Under the pieces are notes generated by a model. That model was not told the DNA's origin. It did not search any database and worked only from the letters and a program-made list of their open reading frames with translations. DNA of 64,000 nt from the human T2T-CHM13v2.0 reference genome, Homo sapiens. Within the stretch, counting starts at the first letter, position 1. Every line of letters starts with the position of its first letter. The translations under genes and the position numbers were made by a program. Where the stretch lies: assembly GCF_009914755.1 (NCBI RefSeq), contig NC_060930.1; one strand, given 5' to 3'. Positions 13,434-25,745 of this stretch are shown here, piece after piece.

Positions 13434-14259
13434 CTGTCAACAACACAGAAATGATCATCAGAACAAATCCAAGATGGGGTTCTCTGACAGTTTCCAATGC
13501 AGCAGTGTGGAGGGTGGGGATGTGCAGAGGTGGGGCCGTGGGAAGGAGCCCAGAGGCTGCTCACTCCTGCCCAAGGCACCTGCGCACCTGCCGATGCCCC
13601 CAGCTCAGAAAGCCACGACTCAGCCCCGAGGGCTTGTGAGGCAGAGGTGGCCTGGGGTTGGAGTGAGCAAAAGAGGTGGTCAAGAGAAGCATGGGACAGG
13701 CCAGCCAGGTGCTGCCTGCTGCATGTGACGGCTGCCTAGCACCCCACTGTCACCCCCAGGAGCTTGAGGTGCCTGTGAGTGTGAGCACCAGGTGGACCTC
13801 CCAGGAGGCCGGAGGGGAAGGTGCAGAGCAGAGTTCCTGGCAAAGCTGCTGCAGTTAACCCGGGAGGGAAGGATTCCAGGAAATGAAGAGGAGTTGACAG
13901 GACTGAGTCCCGGAGGAAGCCAGAGCCCAGCCTCCTGCCCACACCTGGCCACCCCTGAGCCTGCTCAGACAGGTGACTGTGTTTACCTGGAGGCTGCTTA
14001 CAAATATCTCTGCTTTGTTCTGTTATTTCTACCTAACCTCCTCCCTTACTTTGTTGCGTACAATCCTAAGGCCCTGGGGCAGAAAGGAAGGAGGGAGGAG
14101 TAGGCGGAGCGCTGGGGGCCCTTTCAGGCAGCATGATTCCCTAACGGTGGATACATGTCCACTCATCTGCCAGAAATCGCCACTGTCCCCCCAGAACGAG
14201 CCCAGTGTGGACAAGGCCTTTAGTCAGTAGCTCAGCTCACCGACTGCAGAAGCGTGCCC

Positions 14260-14395
14260 ATTCACGGAGGCACTACTGTTCGGGAAAGCGGTGGGGCAGG
14301 GAGTGAGGGGCCGTGGAATCTTGCTGCAGTTTCTGTTCAGTTTTTCTGTAAACTTAAAACTGTTCTGAACACAAAGTCTATTAATTAAAAACAAA
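14260..14395 (+). mobile_element. Old L1M 3' end remnant
   Basis: ttctgttcagtttttctgtaaacttaaaactgttct...aaagtctattaattaaaaa. Confidence 0.55.
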
Positions 14396-15169
14396 AGGCC
14401 CTAAAGCTCTAGGACTCTGTGTTTTCTCCAGGATGGGACGGCCACAGAGGAGCCCATCCTCCCGGGTCACGAATCCGAGAAGAGGCGGGCTTGGCTGGAA
14501 GGGGCAGCGGCGGCGGTGGCTGGGGAATTCCTGCCAGCTCCGGGCCCAGGGCTGGGGAGGGTCTGATCCCTGGAGCCCGGCTCCCCTGTTCTGCAAGCTG
14601 TGTTCCTTTCCGCTGCCAACTCCTAACGGCTGTGCTCCAAATCAGAGCCTCCTGTGCCATGTATGCCCCTTCGTGGAGCCCCCCTCATGTCCAGCTCTCA
14701 CTCCTGGAAGAGCGGGGCTGCCCGGGGATGCTGTGGTCAGCACAGGTGTGGCCCGGCCTGTCCGGCTGGAAGCTGGCCTGGAGTGGCGCAGGTCACCGGG
14801 AGTCACAGCAGATGGTGCCATCGTTGGCTGGAACTGCCCGTGTCCTGACCCCTCCCACCCCTCCATTCCGCACTCTGGGCAGTGATGTGGAGGAGGCTCG
14901 GGGGCTGTGGTGGCCTCAGAAAGCGCCTCTAGGTGGTCAACGGCTCAGAGACAGTCCCCTTACCCTGGAAGCTTGGCCAGGGCCATGGTGCTAGGAACGA
15001 ACCCACATACTAAATGCCCCTGAAGGCACTCTCACAGCACTCTCAGCTTTGTGTTATTCACACTTTGACGTGAAAGTCCATCTAGAAGGAATTAGAGGAA
15101 GGGCACACATTCAGGAGTTTCTCCTTCCATGAGGACGCAGAATCATAGGACAGACATAGCACACGGACA

Positions 15170-15300
15170 TCTCAGTCATCCGATGCACAATTGCTGTTCC
15201 CATTTTACAGACGAGGACACTGAGGCTGACACAGGTTGGGTAGCTTGTTCAAAATCAGACCAGAGGTTATGAGTTACAGGTACTGGGTTTGGAGGCACAT
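15170..15300. mobile_element. MIR remnant
   Basis: MIR core-like cccattttacagacgaggacactgaggct. Confidence 0.65.
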
Positions 15301-16722
15301 GTCTGAAAAGCAGCTGAGGTGCCCCACCTTCTGAAGTGTCTTTCCCGAGGACTCCCTGCTGAGGCCCCTCCGGGTCCCCAGTCTAGCTCCCTTGTTCTCC
15401 TCTAAACCCTGAGCCCAGGGATCTGATCCCAGGCCTTTGCAATCGCAGCAGCTGGCATGAGCCTTCGCAGGCGCACCAGTGGCTGCTGTAATGAAATTTC
15501 CAGAGCGACAGTCTGACTTCCAAACAGCCCTCCCCAAGCGCCCATCCTGTGTGCAGGCCTCCTTTGATGATGACCAGAACTCTGGGTTGAAGAGTCCTTC
15601 TGGTCACGATGATTAACAGAAAGACCCTCCTCTGAAGTGTGCCTCTCCTCTACTCTTTTGTTTGGTGACTGTTGGACGCATGGCCAGAGGCACTCTCAAA
15701 AGGCTGGAGATTGGAACAAACAGTTCAGAGGCCCTGGTACACGCACAGGTGTGGCAACTTGTTGGCTGTACTTCTTTGGAGGATCTATTTCACATTTTGT
15801 ACCCACTGTATTTCCTTCTTGTTCATCATTTGCAAATATGGTCTGCAGGAATTTTAGAAAGTGAGAGGCAGAGGAAATACAGGTATTGGTATAACTACTA
15901 TGTAACTGGTATATGCTGGGTTTACCTGGATCACTGCAATCAACACATTTCTATCTTTACCTCCTTTCCCCTAAGGTAGTAAGATTTTGCACCATGTTTG
16001 TATTTTAAGCCCTCAGCAAAAAGAGTCAACAGGGGAATAACACTTTGGTTATCACTAAAAAATTACAGGGGTTCCAATTACAGGGGGAAACATGAAACAG
16101 GAGGAGGACTTTTGCACTCAGCACCTTGAAACCTGTGTCAACCCTCCCAGGGCAGTCAGGTTTATTATTCTTGTTAAAATAGGTGACTTTGCACTCGGCT
16201 CCCCCTTTTTATCTCCACTGAACCCACTGGACAAATGACGGTGAGTGGAGTTCTGGGCGGGGAGAATCGGAAGGTATCAGGCTGATGCTGGAATCACGGC
16301 TGGCTCGCTACGGGATGCGGATGACACGCACTGAAGGCCTTCCTTGGTTCTAGAGGACTGCTGCCACTCATCTAGATCATGAAGCACTGACAAGAACAGG
16401 GACAGAAACTGTGAGCACAGAAGGCCGGAATTCCCTCCTGTCAGGCTTAGCAATTTGTCGTTAAGTTCCTTAATGCAGGGCAAATAGGAGTTCAAGGTTC
16501 AGGGGAACAGAAGATTCAAGAATCACACTTCTTCTCGGTAGTAATAACACCTGATCCTGTTTGTTTAAATGGCTTGTGGTCTATCTCCAAATTGGGGCGT
16601 CACCTAATGTGTTTATCTGGGTCTGTGTCTCCAATTGCTGTTCTCTGGTTAAGGGTATAATTTTGCAACCAGTTGGAACTCTCATATCAATGACTAAAGT
16701 GCAGTGCAGTGCCTGTGAATGG

Positions 16723-17012
16723 ATTTTTTTTTTATTTTGGGGGGATTCATTCTGTCGCCCAGGCTGGTATGCAGTGGCATGATCGTGACTCACTGCAGCC
16801 TCGATTTCCTGGGCTCAGGTGATCCTCCCAGCTCAGTCTCCTGAGTAGCTGGGACTACAGGCATGTGCCACTACACCTGGCTAATATTTTGTATTTTTTG
16901 TAGAGATGGGGTCTCACCATGTTGCCCAGGCTGGTGTCAAACTCTTGGGCTCAAGTGATCTGCCTGCCTGGGTCTCCCAAAGTGCTGGGATTATAGGCAG
17001 GAGCCACTGCAC
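16723..17012 (-). mobile_element. AluJ-type SINE
   Basis: Poly(T) followed by antisense Alu with J-type ctgcagcctcg..cctgggctcaggtgatcctccc. Confidence 0.88.
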
Positions 17013-19479
17013 GGATGATTTATTCTTTCATTGCACCGATTCTGTCCAGCTCTTCTACTCCATATTTTTCACGAGGTAAGCCATTCATTTCATTGTGGGG
17101 ATTCTAAATTCTCAGCAGGTGATTCCCAAAGGGTTTTGGTATCTGCCAAAAATGTGTGCATTGTGTCTGTATATCCACAGATAGCTTTAGGAGATGGTTA
17201 ATTCATGGTTTGGGACTCCTTTGCAATATTTTCATTTTTGTTGTTTGAGAGTCACACAAACCCATCTCCGACACTTCTGGGAACATTCAGTAGAATCTTA
17301 CTGGCTGCCTCCTTAGGTTTCTTACATACTGCAAGCTTCTCCTAACCAGCCCACCATGTCCAGCCTATAACCATCCAGGGCAACTTCCATCATTGACTTA
17401 AATACTAGGTCTGCTTTTTCAATTTCTTCATCACTTAAAGGTTATCTACACATTATTTGTTTAAAGGTTTTTTTTTTTTTTTTTTTGGCCAATTTGAAAT
17501 TTCATCTATTTCATGTTTACACCCTTTGTCAGGGAGTCGCTCGTGTCCCACAGGACTCAGCCGGTTAGGAGTCAGGGATGGGCTAGGGGCTCAGGCTTGA
17601 GCGGTGTGGGAGTCAGATCTGCAGACAGGCCCTGGGCATGGGTCTCTAGCGGCTCCCTAGGGCTGGTTGTGAGGGTGGGGCTGCCTGGTCTTCAGCAACC
17701 ATCAAAGCCTGGCTTATGACAGGCAGTCCCAGCAATGCCAGTAGAAACTGGGATGAGGATCAGAATGGACCACGTTTGAAGTCATTAAAAACACATCATC
17801 TGGAGATCAGTTCTGGACAGGAAAACAGTAACAAGAGCAACGGAAAACCTCTGCCCGTGCGTCAGCCACAGGCAGCAGGTGTGCTGTGAAGACAGCACGC
17901 CTGGCTTAGGTGATGGGCGTTGATTTGCTGTGCTATTTTTGTGCTCATCAGCACATCGAATTCCTTTCTAACCTTTCCCTCACTTTAAACTTCCCCCTGG
18001 GAGTCTCAGAATATCTCATGAGTTTCTAGGAGAAGCTACAGATGCTCATTAGGAATGAGCTAGAAAGCTGTCAGCTTTGGAAAAAAGGAAGATTTGGAGG
18101 TAGGCTTAGGAAGTTTTATACTCACTGCAAACTCCTGTCCTGGGGGGGAAGTCGGGAGATAACAAATAACAAACACTGGTGCTGAAAACCCCAGCAGTTC
18201 CTGATCTCAGTGCAGGATACATTTACAGCTGTTTCTAGACATCACTATGGTATAAACTTCCATCAGAAATGGAACTCACTTAAGTAATGAGAAGCAGCCA
18301 ACACCACACCCAGGGTCTAGCCCTACAAAGCCTGTTCAGCAGAAGCATCACCCACAACCGCGAGCCTCTCCCATCTCAGCCGGGAGCAGCGCCAAGCACA
18401 GAGGGACCAAATGTCCTGCTGAGCCTGTTCCTGCAGAGCTTCATCCCGGAGCCTACCCGTGATGCTGCCTTGGTCCGTGCTTACAGGGTGCAGTGCCGAG
18501 GGCGCTGGCCAGGAGCCCCTTTCTCACCTTTCTTTTATTCTATTCTTTGAAGTCCCTGGATTTGCAAATCACTCAGAGTCACCGAGTCCTCCACCTGGGA
18601 GGCGTTTTCCTCGCACAGACAAGAAAGCAGACAGCCTGAGCAGGGGTGTGACCCTCCAAGGCCTCTATCGTGGGATGTGCCCCAGCCTGTGGTGCTTCTG
18701 CTTAGACTGGGTCACCCCATGCTGCTACAGCCACCCCAGGGTCTTTCTCTAATTCACAACCACACAACCACCAGAACAACAGTGCGAAGAAACAAGACTG
18801 GTGTCCCCTCGGCTGCACCCTTGAGAGCCCCCACGCTCACCACACCCACTGCGTACTCCCGAGCGTGGCCCGGCCCCTGGCTGCTCTGTCTCCTCTCCAC
18901 TCACCCGTCACCCAGGCATGGGGACATTGCAGAGTCACACGTGCCCCCAGGTGTGCCATTCTTCCTTCCTTCCTCCCACTACTCTGCACGTGACGTTTCT
19001 TGGGCCCAGAAGGCCCCTCCCCCCACACCCCGTCCAGCATCTGGGACATCTTCTGAGACCCAACCCAGGCGTCCTCACAGAGCAGCTCTGTCGCCCCCAC
19101 TCAAATAGATCAGTGGCCCCAAACCAGTGGCCTCTGGAGGTCAGTGGCAGTGCCATCCACCTTCCTAAGCCAGCACCTGCTACGGGCATTCAGTACACAT
19201 TCACTGAACAGATCACACACGAAGGCAGGGGGATTCAGTCTAGAACTCTTTTGAACGAAGACATTTTATCTTCAGGGGATGTGGAGGTGGGAGAAATGCC
19301 AGTCTTAGACTCAGAAGCCTAGGAGCCTGGAGCAACTCACACGGGGGCAGAGGGCCGTTTTCTCACCTGCAGAGTGTAAGAGAGGAATGAGATGCGTCTG
19401 TATTTCTGGTAGTCTGGACATGTATAAACACATTATGCCATCTCTTCCAGCTGTCAATATCTGTGCAGAAACTCTGGGA

Positions 19480-19912
19480 GGGGTCAACTCCCCCAAATTT
19501 GTATGCTGAAGCCCTAATCCCCAATATCCCCAATGTCTCACAATGTGACCACATGTGCAAAAGGGGTCACTGCAGGTATAATGAGTCCGGCATCAGCAGG
19601 GCAGGCACTCATCTCCTATGACTGCTGTCCCTAGAACAAGGGGAAATTTGGACACAGACCCACACGGAGGAGAAGGCCACATGGAGATGGAGGCGGAGGT
19701 CAGGGTGTGGCATTCACAGCCAGGGGTGTCAAGGCTGGCCAGCAAAGCCCCGGGGTCTAGGAGCGGCCAGGGACACATTCCTTTCAGTGGGAGCACAGCC
19801 CTGCAGCCTTGAGCTTGGACCTCTGGCCTCCAGAGCTGCGGGAGGACACATTTCTGCTGTTCAAGCTGCCCAGTTTGCAGTTCTTTGTCAAGGCTGCCCC
19901 AAGAAACTCACA
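19480..19912 (+). mobile_element. MLT1B-like MaLR LTR
   Basis: ccccaaattt.tatgctgaagccctaatcccc...ggagaaggccacatggagatggaggc...ttctgctgttcaagctgcccagtttg...aaactcaca. Confidence 0.75.
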
Positions 19913-21158
19913 CAGAGGGGCGGCCAACGAACAGCTCAGTGTTCACTGTGGTCCGCTGGGCATTAGAGACGTGTGTTTTTATCCGTGTTTCTCGCTACAC
20001 TGTGCGCACACAGAGGGCACATTTTTCCTTTGATTTCCTAATTTCTAGCTTATTGTTTTGTCCACTGATCCCTCTGTCAACTGGACTGAACGGAACTGTC
20101 TGGAAATCCAGAGGCTTCCCGCTGGTGGGGGCTCATTAAGGAAGAGGCAGGGGTGAGGAGGTCGAGAGGCAGAGAGGGTCCCCTCTCTCCCTGGGGGAGG
20201 CCATAGAGAGGGAGAGTCTACAGCTCGAGGGGACTCACACTAGGGGAGACACCAAGAGAGGACAGGTGGGAGGCAATGAAGACGCATTTGCTCCTCCTCC
20301 CAGCCCCTCAATTGGGCCCTGAGGTCCTGTGTGGCGAGTCCAGGGCGGGAGAGCTCTGGCATTGAGAGCTCTTATCAGACAGGCTCAACACAGGGGCAGC
20401 TGGAGGTGTGCGATTGCCTTGCATATCCATGCGAGGGCCCAGGGTTAGAACGAGGCCTCTAACAGCCACCAATTCCCCAGATGGTCAAAGGGAGAACTCA
20501 ATTCCAGGCTCTTTTGGAGGAACGAGAATAAGGCTCACGGCAGTCAGAAGCAGAGGTAAGTTCCAGCCACAAAACCGGCCGCCTGTGCAGGTGAAGGTGA
20601 CTCTGCCCAGCGGGGTTTTCAGACTACCTGGCTCCAGCTCCGCAGGCAACTAAATCCAGCGCCCTCCCTGGATAAAGGCTGGGCAATTAATTCTGACTGT
20701 AGCTTCTTCATGTTGAGCCTGGGCATCTTAGGTTGTAAAATACACCTGTGGGAGGGTCCACAGCTCCTCGAAAGCTTGATGATAACTCACTTAGACACGG
20801 TTTGAAGGGCGATCTTGGCCCGAGGTGAGCCATTCTCCATGCTTGTGTGAGCTTCCAGGGGGCTGGTATCTTTTAACCAATACTCATCTCTACACCTAGG
20901 GAGGAGGTAGCTCCATCTTTCTCTCATCCATAATTTAAACCAAATACTAAAACAATATTTTAAAGAACTATGATTTTAGTAATGTTAAATTTGAAGGGTT
21001 TTAATTTAAAAAATAGGTTATTTAGAAAATTATTTGCTTCTCCCAGAACAAGGGGAGAAAAAGTACAAACACCCCAATACTTTGTCACATTCACCCAATT
21101 TACTGTAGCAAATCCTCTCCCAGCAATATAATAATGTTTGAAAGAAAATAGTGACTCT

Positions 21159-21440
21159 GGCCAGGCACAGTGGCTCACGCCTGTAATCTCATGTTGGGAG
21201 GCCAATGCAGGAGGACTGCTTTAGTCCAGGAGTTCGAGACCAGCCTGGGCAACATAGCGGGGCCCCTTCTCTACAAAACAGTAATAAACTAGTCAGGTGT
21301 GGTTGTGCATGCCTGTAGTCCCAGCTACTCAGGAGGCTGACGTGGGAGGACTGCCTGAGTCCAGGCAACTGAGACTGAAGTGAGTCATGATTGCACCACT
21401 GTGATCAGCCTGGGCAACAGAGCAAGACCCTGTTTAAAAA
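21159..21440 (+). mobile_element. AluJ-type SINE (diverged)
   Basis: ggccaggcacagtggctcacgcctgtaatc...gcctgggcaacagagcaagaccctg followed by a short A tail. Confidence 0.88.
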
Positions 21441-22904
21441 AGGAAAGGAGAGGAAACAGTGACTCCAAGACAAAGCGCTTCGATTGCTGCAAGAATAGAT
21501 CTGAATTGTTGGCTCTCATGTACGTTTGGATGAATAAATACGTCCAGCATCTCCACTTCTCCTTTCTGACTCCAATTCGCATTTCCAGGGGGAGGCCAAG
21601 CAGGGGAGGGGTGCACAGCAAACCCTCACGCATGTGGCCCCACAGGTGGTGACTGCGGCAGCTCGGCTGGGCGGGGGCGGTTACCATGCGTCACCTCAGA
21701 GGGAGTGGCAGAGGTGGGGTCGCGGTGCCTGCCACCTGAGGCGGCACGTCCCTTGCACATATGCTCACGTGCTTATGTTATAATAAGTGTCCAGATGTCA
21801 TTTGGGTGCTTGGGAATGACAAGGCAGAGACTACACAGATTTCCATCATAAAAGCTTGGTCTTGAAAGAGGAGTTTCAGCCACCGGCAAGGTTCCTGGCA
21901 GCAACTGTGTGAAGATGTTACCCTCTGAGGGATCAGACCCCGGGCAAGGCGGGCATGACTCTGTGCTCTTGCCAGGGTGGATTTCCCGGGTGAGCTTCGG
22001 GACTCTGGCATTGGCCTCAATGTTCTTCTGGCTGGTACTGCAGGCTTTCCATTTACCCTTCCATTCTGCAACCAGCTCAGTGGAGGGTTTAACAACATCT
22101 ATTAAAATGCATCTCACAAAACGATGGTTTTCTCCAGAAAACGCTCAGAATTGTGGCTCCTCGGCTATTGTGCACCAGATAACGTTCCTCTGTTCTGTCC
22201 CACAGCCAAGTGGCAGAGAAAGAAAAGTGTCAGATGAGCAGGAAGCAATGAGGCCGGGGGGTTGGACACCCTTCCCGGCCACAGGCCTCTGCACACCGGT
22301 GCTCTCTGCTTGTTTATGTGTTTACTCGTCAGACCCATTACAGTGCTTCCCACCCATCAGGCACTGCTCTGCCTCCTCAAATCCTCCTACTTCACGATGT
22401 CGGTGCTGGTATTACCCTCAGTTCGTAGAATAAATAAGCAAGCACAGAGAGGTGAAGCCATCCGCTCAGGCCCACACGGCCAGGAAGGGGTGCGTGGCGT
22501 GGGTCTGAGCACCTGGCTCTCGCTTCACTTTGCTTCTGTGCCCTGCCCTGGACTCCAGCCTCTCCCACACGCTCCCCTCTCCTCTTTCGCTGCTGCTCTT
22601 TCTTCCCCTTCCATCAGGCCCTCTCCCCTCTTCTGAGATCCATTTTGTGCCTCATCTGCTTCTCTGCCCTGGCTGCAGGCATTTGTGCGCGTCTGGGCTG
22701 CAGCTGGCCTTGCTGTTTGCTGTCAGAGAGCCCACGAGCATGAGGGCCACACTTTGGCTTCACGGGTCCCCAGAGCCTAGCCCACGAGTGAGGGAAGGCA
22801 CGGGCCAGACTGCCCATTATCCACTCACACTTGCTCTGGACGAAAGCACCCAGTGTCTGCCCAAGAGCCATGAGAAAGGGGCAGCAGGCGATGCTGGGGA
22901 CAGG

Positions 22905-23112
22905 CGGTGGCCCCAGCCACGGCGAGGTGGCAGTGTGGTCCTGCAATCTGCCAGGGGGGCGGCCCCGGCCACAGTGAGATGGCAGCGTGACTCGCCAGCT
23001 GCCCGAAGAGCATGGTGAGTGGCAGCATGGTCCTGCTAACTGCCAGGTGAGGTGAGGTGGCAGCCATGGTGAGGTGGCAGCATGGTCCTGCTAACCGCCA
23101 GGGGGTGGCCCA
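22905..23112. repeat. Degenerate GC-rich tandem repeat, about 4 copies of gaggtggcagcatggtcctgctaactgccagg
   Basis: Copies start near 22923, 22975, 23017 and 23071. Confidence 0.7.
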
Positions 23113-24002
23113 AGGTGGGGCGTGTGCTAGCACGTCACAGAGAAGTCTCTGGCATCAAATGTTTCTCCCTAAAACAACTTTTTAAAAACTGGGTTTTCAA
23201 TCATAAAAATAATACATATTGGCAGAAAAAGTCCATATTGGCATGAATGAGGTGAAAGGAAAAGCTCCCCTTCTGCCCGTCCCTCCGGGGAGAAGCACCC
23301 GCTGTAGGAGCTGCTTGCCTGTGTTTGCAGAATTTTTCTTTGCTTACCTCCCTTGCTTCCAAAAACACAAACAGGATAATTCTGAACGTTCTGTGCTGCA
23401 ATGAGCTATTTTTACTTAACACTTCTTTTTTTAACTTACACATCCTTCCATGTTAGTGCATGCAGAATGGCCTCACTCTTCAGTACTCACATAGTATCCC
23501 CTGTGTAGACGACGGTAATTCAGTTAACCGTCCCTGGGTGATGTGGGTTTCAGCTTCCATATCTCTCTGTGCACTTGTGTGAATATATTTGAAGGATATA
23601 TTATTTGAGGTGGAATTACTTGGGTGAGGTGCATGTGCTTTACTTTTGCAGAGATTTTTCAGGTTGACTTATGAAAAGTGGGAAAAACACACCCCTTCAC
23701 CCGGAAGTTGGGAAACTGCTCTCCCATCGCCAACAGTGAGGATTGCCAAATGTGTGCCTCTGTGCTAACTTGAGAGGTAAAAATGGGCTAGACCTCCATG
23801 AAGACAGTAAGGACATGAAATATCACGAAGAAATGTACAGGTACTGGCTGATTCGAAAGCACAAAAACATTCACGGAAAGCAACAAGTGCCGAACTTTCA
23901 ATAGCCCCTTCGTAAGACAGGGAGGGCTTTAGGAAAAATCTTCAACCCTCGCTAGATGTTTTGGACCTGACAAGCAAGAATCTTATATTCCTTAAGATTG
24001 TG

Positions 24003-24006
<4 letters not shown>

Positions 24007-24043
<37 letters not shown>
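24007..24043. repeat. (TA)n microsatellite at the Alu tail
   Basis: Direct reading of the sequence. Confidence 0.9.
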
Positions 24044-24044
<1 letters not shown>

Positions 24045-24460
24045 TTTTTTTTTTTGAGAGAGAGTTTTGCTCTGTTGCCCAGGCTGGAGTGCAGTTGTGC
24101 GATCTCAGCTTACCACAATCTCCACCTCCTGGGTTCAAGCAACTCTCCTGCCTCAGCCTCCTGAGCAGCTGGGATTACAGGCACCCATCATCACACCCAG
24201 TTGATTTTTATATTTTTAGTAGAGATGAGGTTTTGCCATTTTGGCCAGGCTGGTCTTAAACTCCTGACCTCAGGTGATCCGCCTGCCTGGGCCTCCCAAA
24301 GTGCTGGGATTACAGGCGTACACCACCACTCCTGGCCAATTTTTGTATTTTTGGTAGAGATGGGGTTTCGCCATGTTGGCCAGGCTGGTCTTGAACTCCT
24401 GACCTTAGCTGATCCACACGCCTCGGCTGGGATTACAGGTATGAGCCACAATGCCTGGCC
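24044..24460 (-). mobile_element. AluS element with an extra left monomer (trimeric Alu)
   Basis: A full antisense Alu at 24044-24337 is followed directly by a second A-linker and left arm at 24338-24460. Confidence 0.85.
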
Positions 24461-24956
24461 AATTTTATATACATATCTTTCTTCTAGTGTTTTTCTAAAC
24501 CTTGATGCTTTTCGCCCAATTTTTCTATAGAATAAAAATTCTATATAAAATTCAATGAAAACAAATAAGTTGGGATTTTTACAAAATTCTGAAATTAAGC
24601 TACAGTGAAATTCTGGGAAATTCTCTGCAGGAAAAGAGAATAATTATACATTCATTCCATATTAAAGTATAAAAGAATTGAGTTGTGAATTAAAAGATAG
24701 TTCATTTTTCAAGTTTAAAAGGCCAAGTCAAGTACTCTTATCAGAAATACAAGCATAGCTATAGGGAATTTTCCTGAAAAGCCTTTTCAATTTTTAATTA
24801 AGACTGAGCAAAGCTCAAAGTGGTCTTTGTTGTTGCAAAGATTAGAAATAAATAAGCCATGAAGGCTCAGCTCTAATTTGTGGCTTTAAAAAGGATACTG
24901 ATGTCTGACATTGCTCTGGAATCAAGCCAAGGTCCCCTTTGAAATTGAATTAATAG

Positions 24957-25745
24957 ATCTTAAAGTATTTGCTGCAGAGTGGAGGCCTCTGATGAGATAG
25001 TAGAGTGTACGTATACCTCTCTGATCAATCTTAAAGTATGTGCTGCAGTGTGGAGAGCTCTGCTGAATTCTCTGATGAGATAGTAGACTGTATGTATATC
25101 TCTCTGATCGATCTTAAAGTATGTGCTGCAGAGTGGAGGCCTTTGCTGAGTTCTCTGATGAGATGGTAGACTGTACATATACCTCTCTGATAGATCTTAA
25201 AGTATGTGCTGCAGCGCGGAGAGCTCTGCTGAGTTCTCTGATAAGATGGTAGACTGTACGTATACCTCTCTGATCAATCTTAAAGTATGTGCTACAGAGT
25301 GGAGGCCTCTGCTGAGTTCTCTGATAAGATGGCAGACTGCAGGTATACCTCTCTGATCGATCTTAAAGTATGTGCTGCAGTGTGGAGAGCTCTGCTGAGC
25401 TCTCTGATAAGATGGTAGACTGTATGTATACCTCTCTGATCAATCTTAAAGTATGTGCTGCAGAGTGGAGGCCTCTGCTGAGTTCTCTGGTAAGATGGCA
25501 GACTGCACGTATACCTCTCTGATCGATCTTAAAGTATGTGCTGCAGCTTGGAGAGCTCTGCTGAGCTCTCTGATAAGATGGTAGACTGTACATATACCTC
25601 TCTGATCAATCTTAAAGTATGTGCTGCAGAGTGGAGGCCTCTGCTGAGTTCTCTGATGAGATGGTAGACTGCACATATACCTCTCTGATCGATCTTAAAG
25701 TATGTGCTGCAGCGTGGAGGGCTCTGTTAAGTTCTCTGATGAGAC
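24957..25745. repeat. 83-bp minisatellite, about 9.6 copies, with a 166-bp dimeric higher-order structure
   Basis: atcttaaagtat recurs at 24957, 25028, 25111, 25194, 25277, 25360, 25443, 25526, 25609 and 25692. Confidence 0.97.

Noticed and set aside
14440-14830. GC-rich stretch with several CpGs as a possible CpG-island promoter (also around exon 8, 41990-42370)
   Set aside because: Short and only moderately CpG-dense by eye, with no other promoter evidence in the sequence.
24191-24530. ORFs resembling 'uncharacterised human proteins' (also 36062..36656, 39578..39838 and 60950..61141)
   Set aside because: They are standard Alu translations.
24957-25745. Regular palindrome-containing repeats that superficially resemble a CRISPR array (also 31666-31852, 43271-43445 and 63666-63916)
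   Set aside because: The units are head-to-tail with no unique spacers, there are no cas genes, and the context is a human intron. They are minisatellites.
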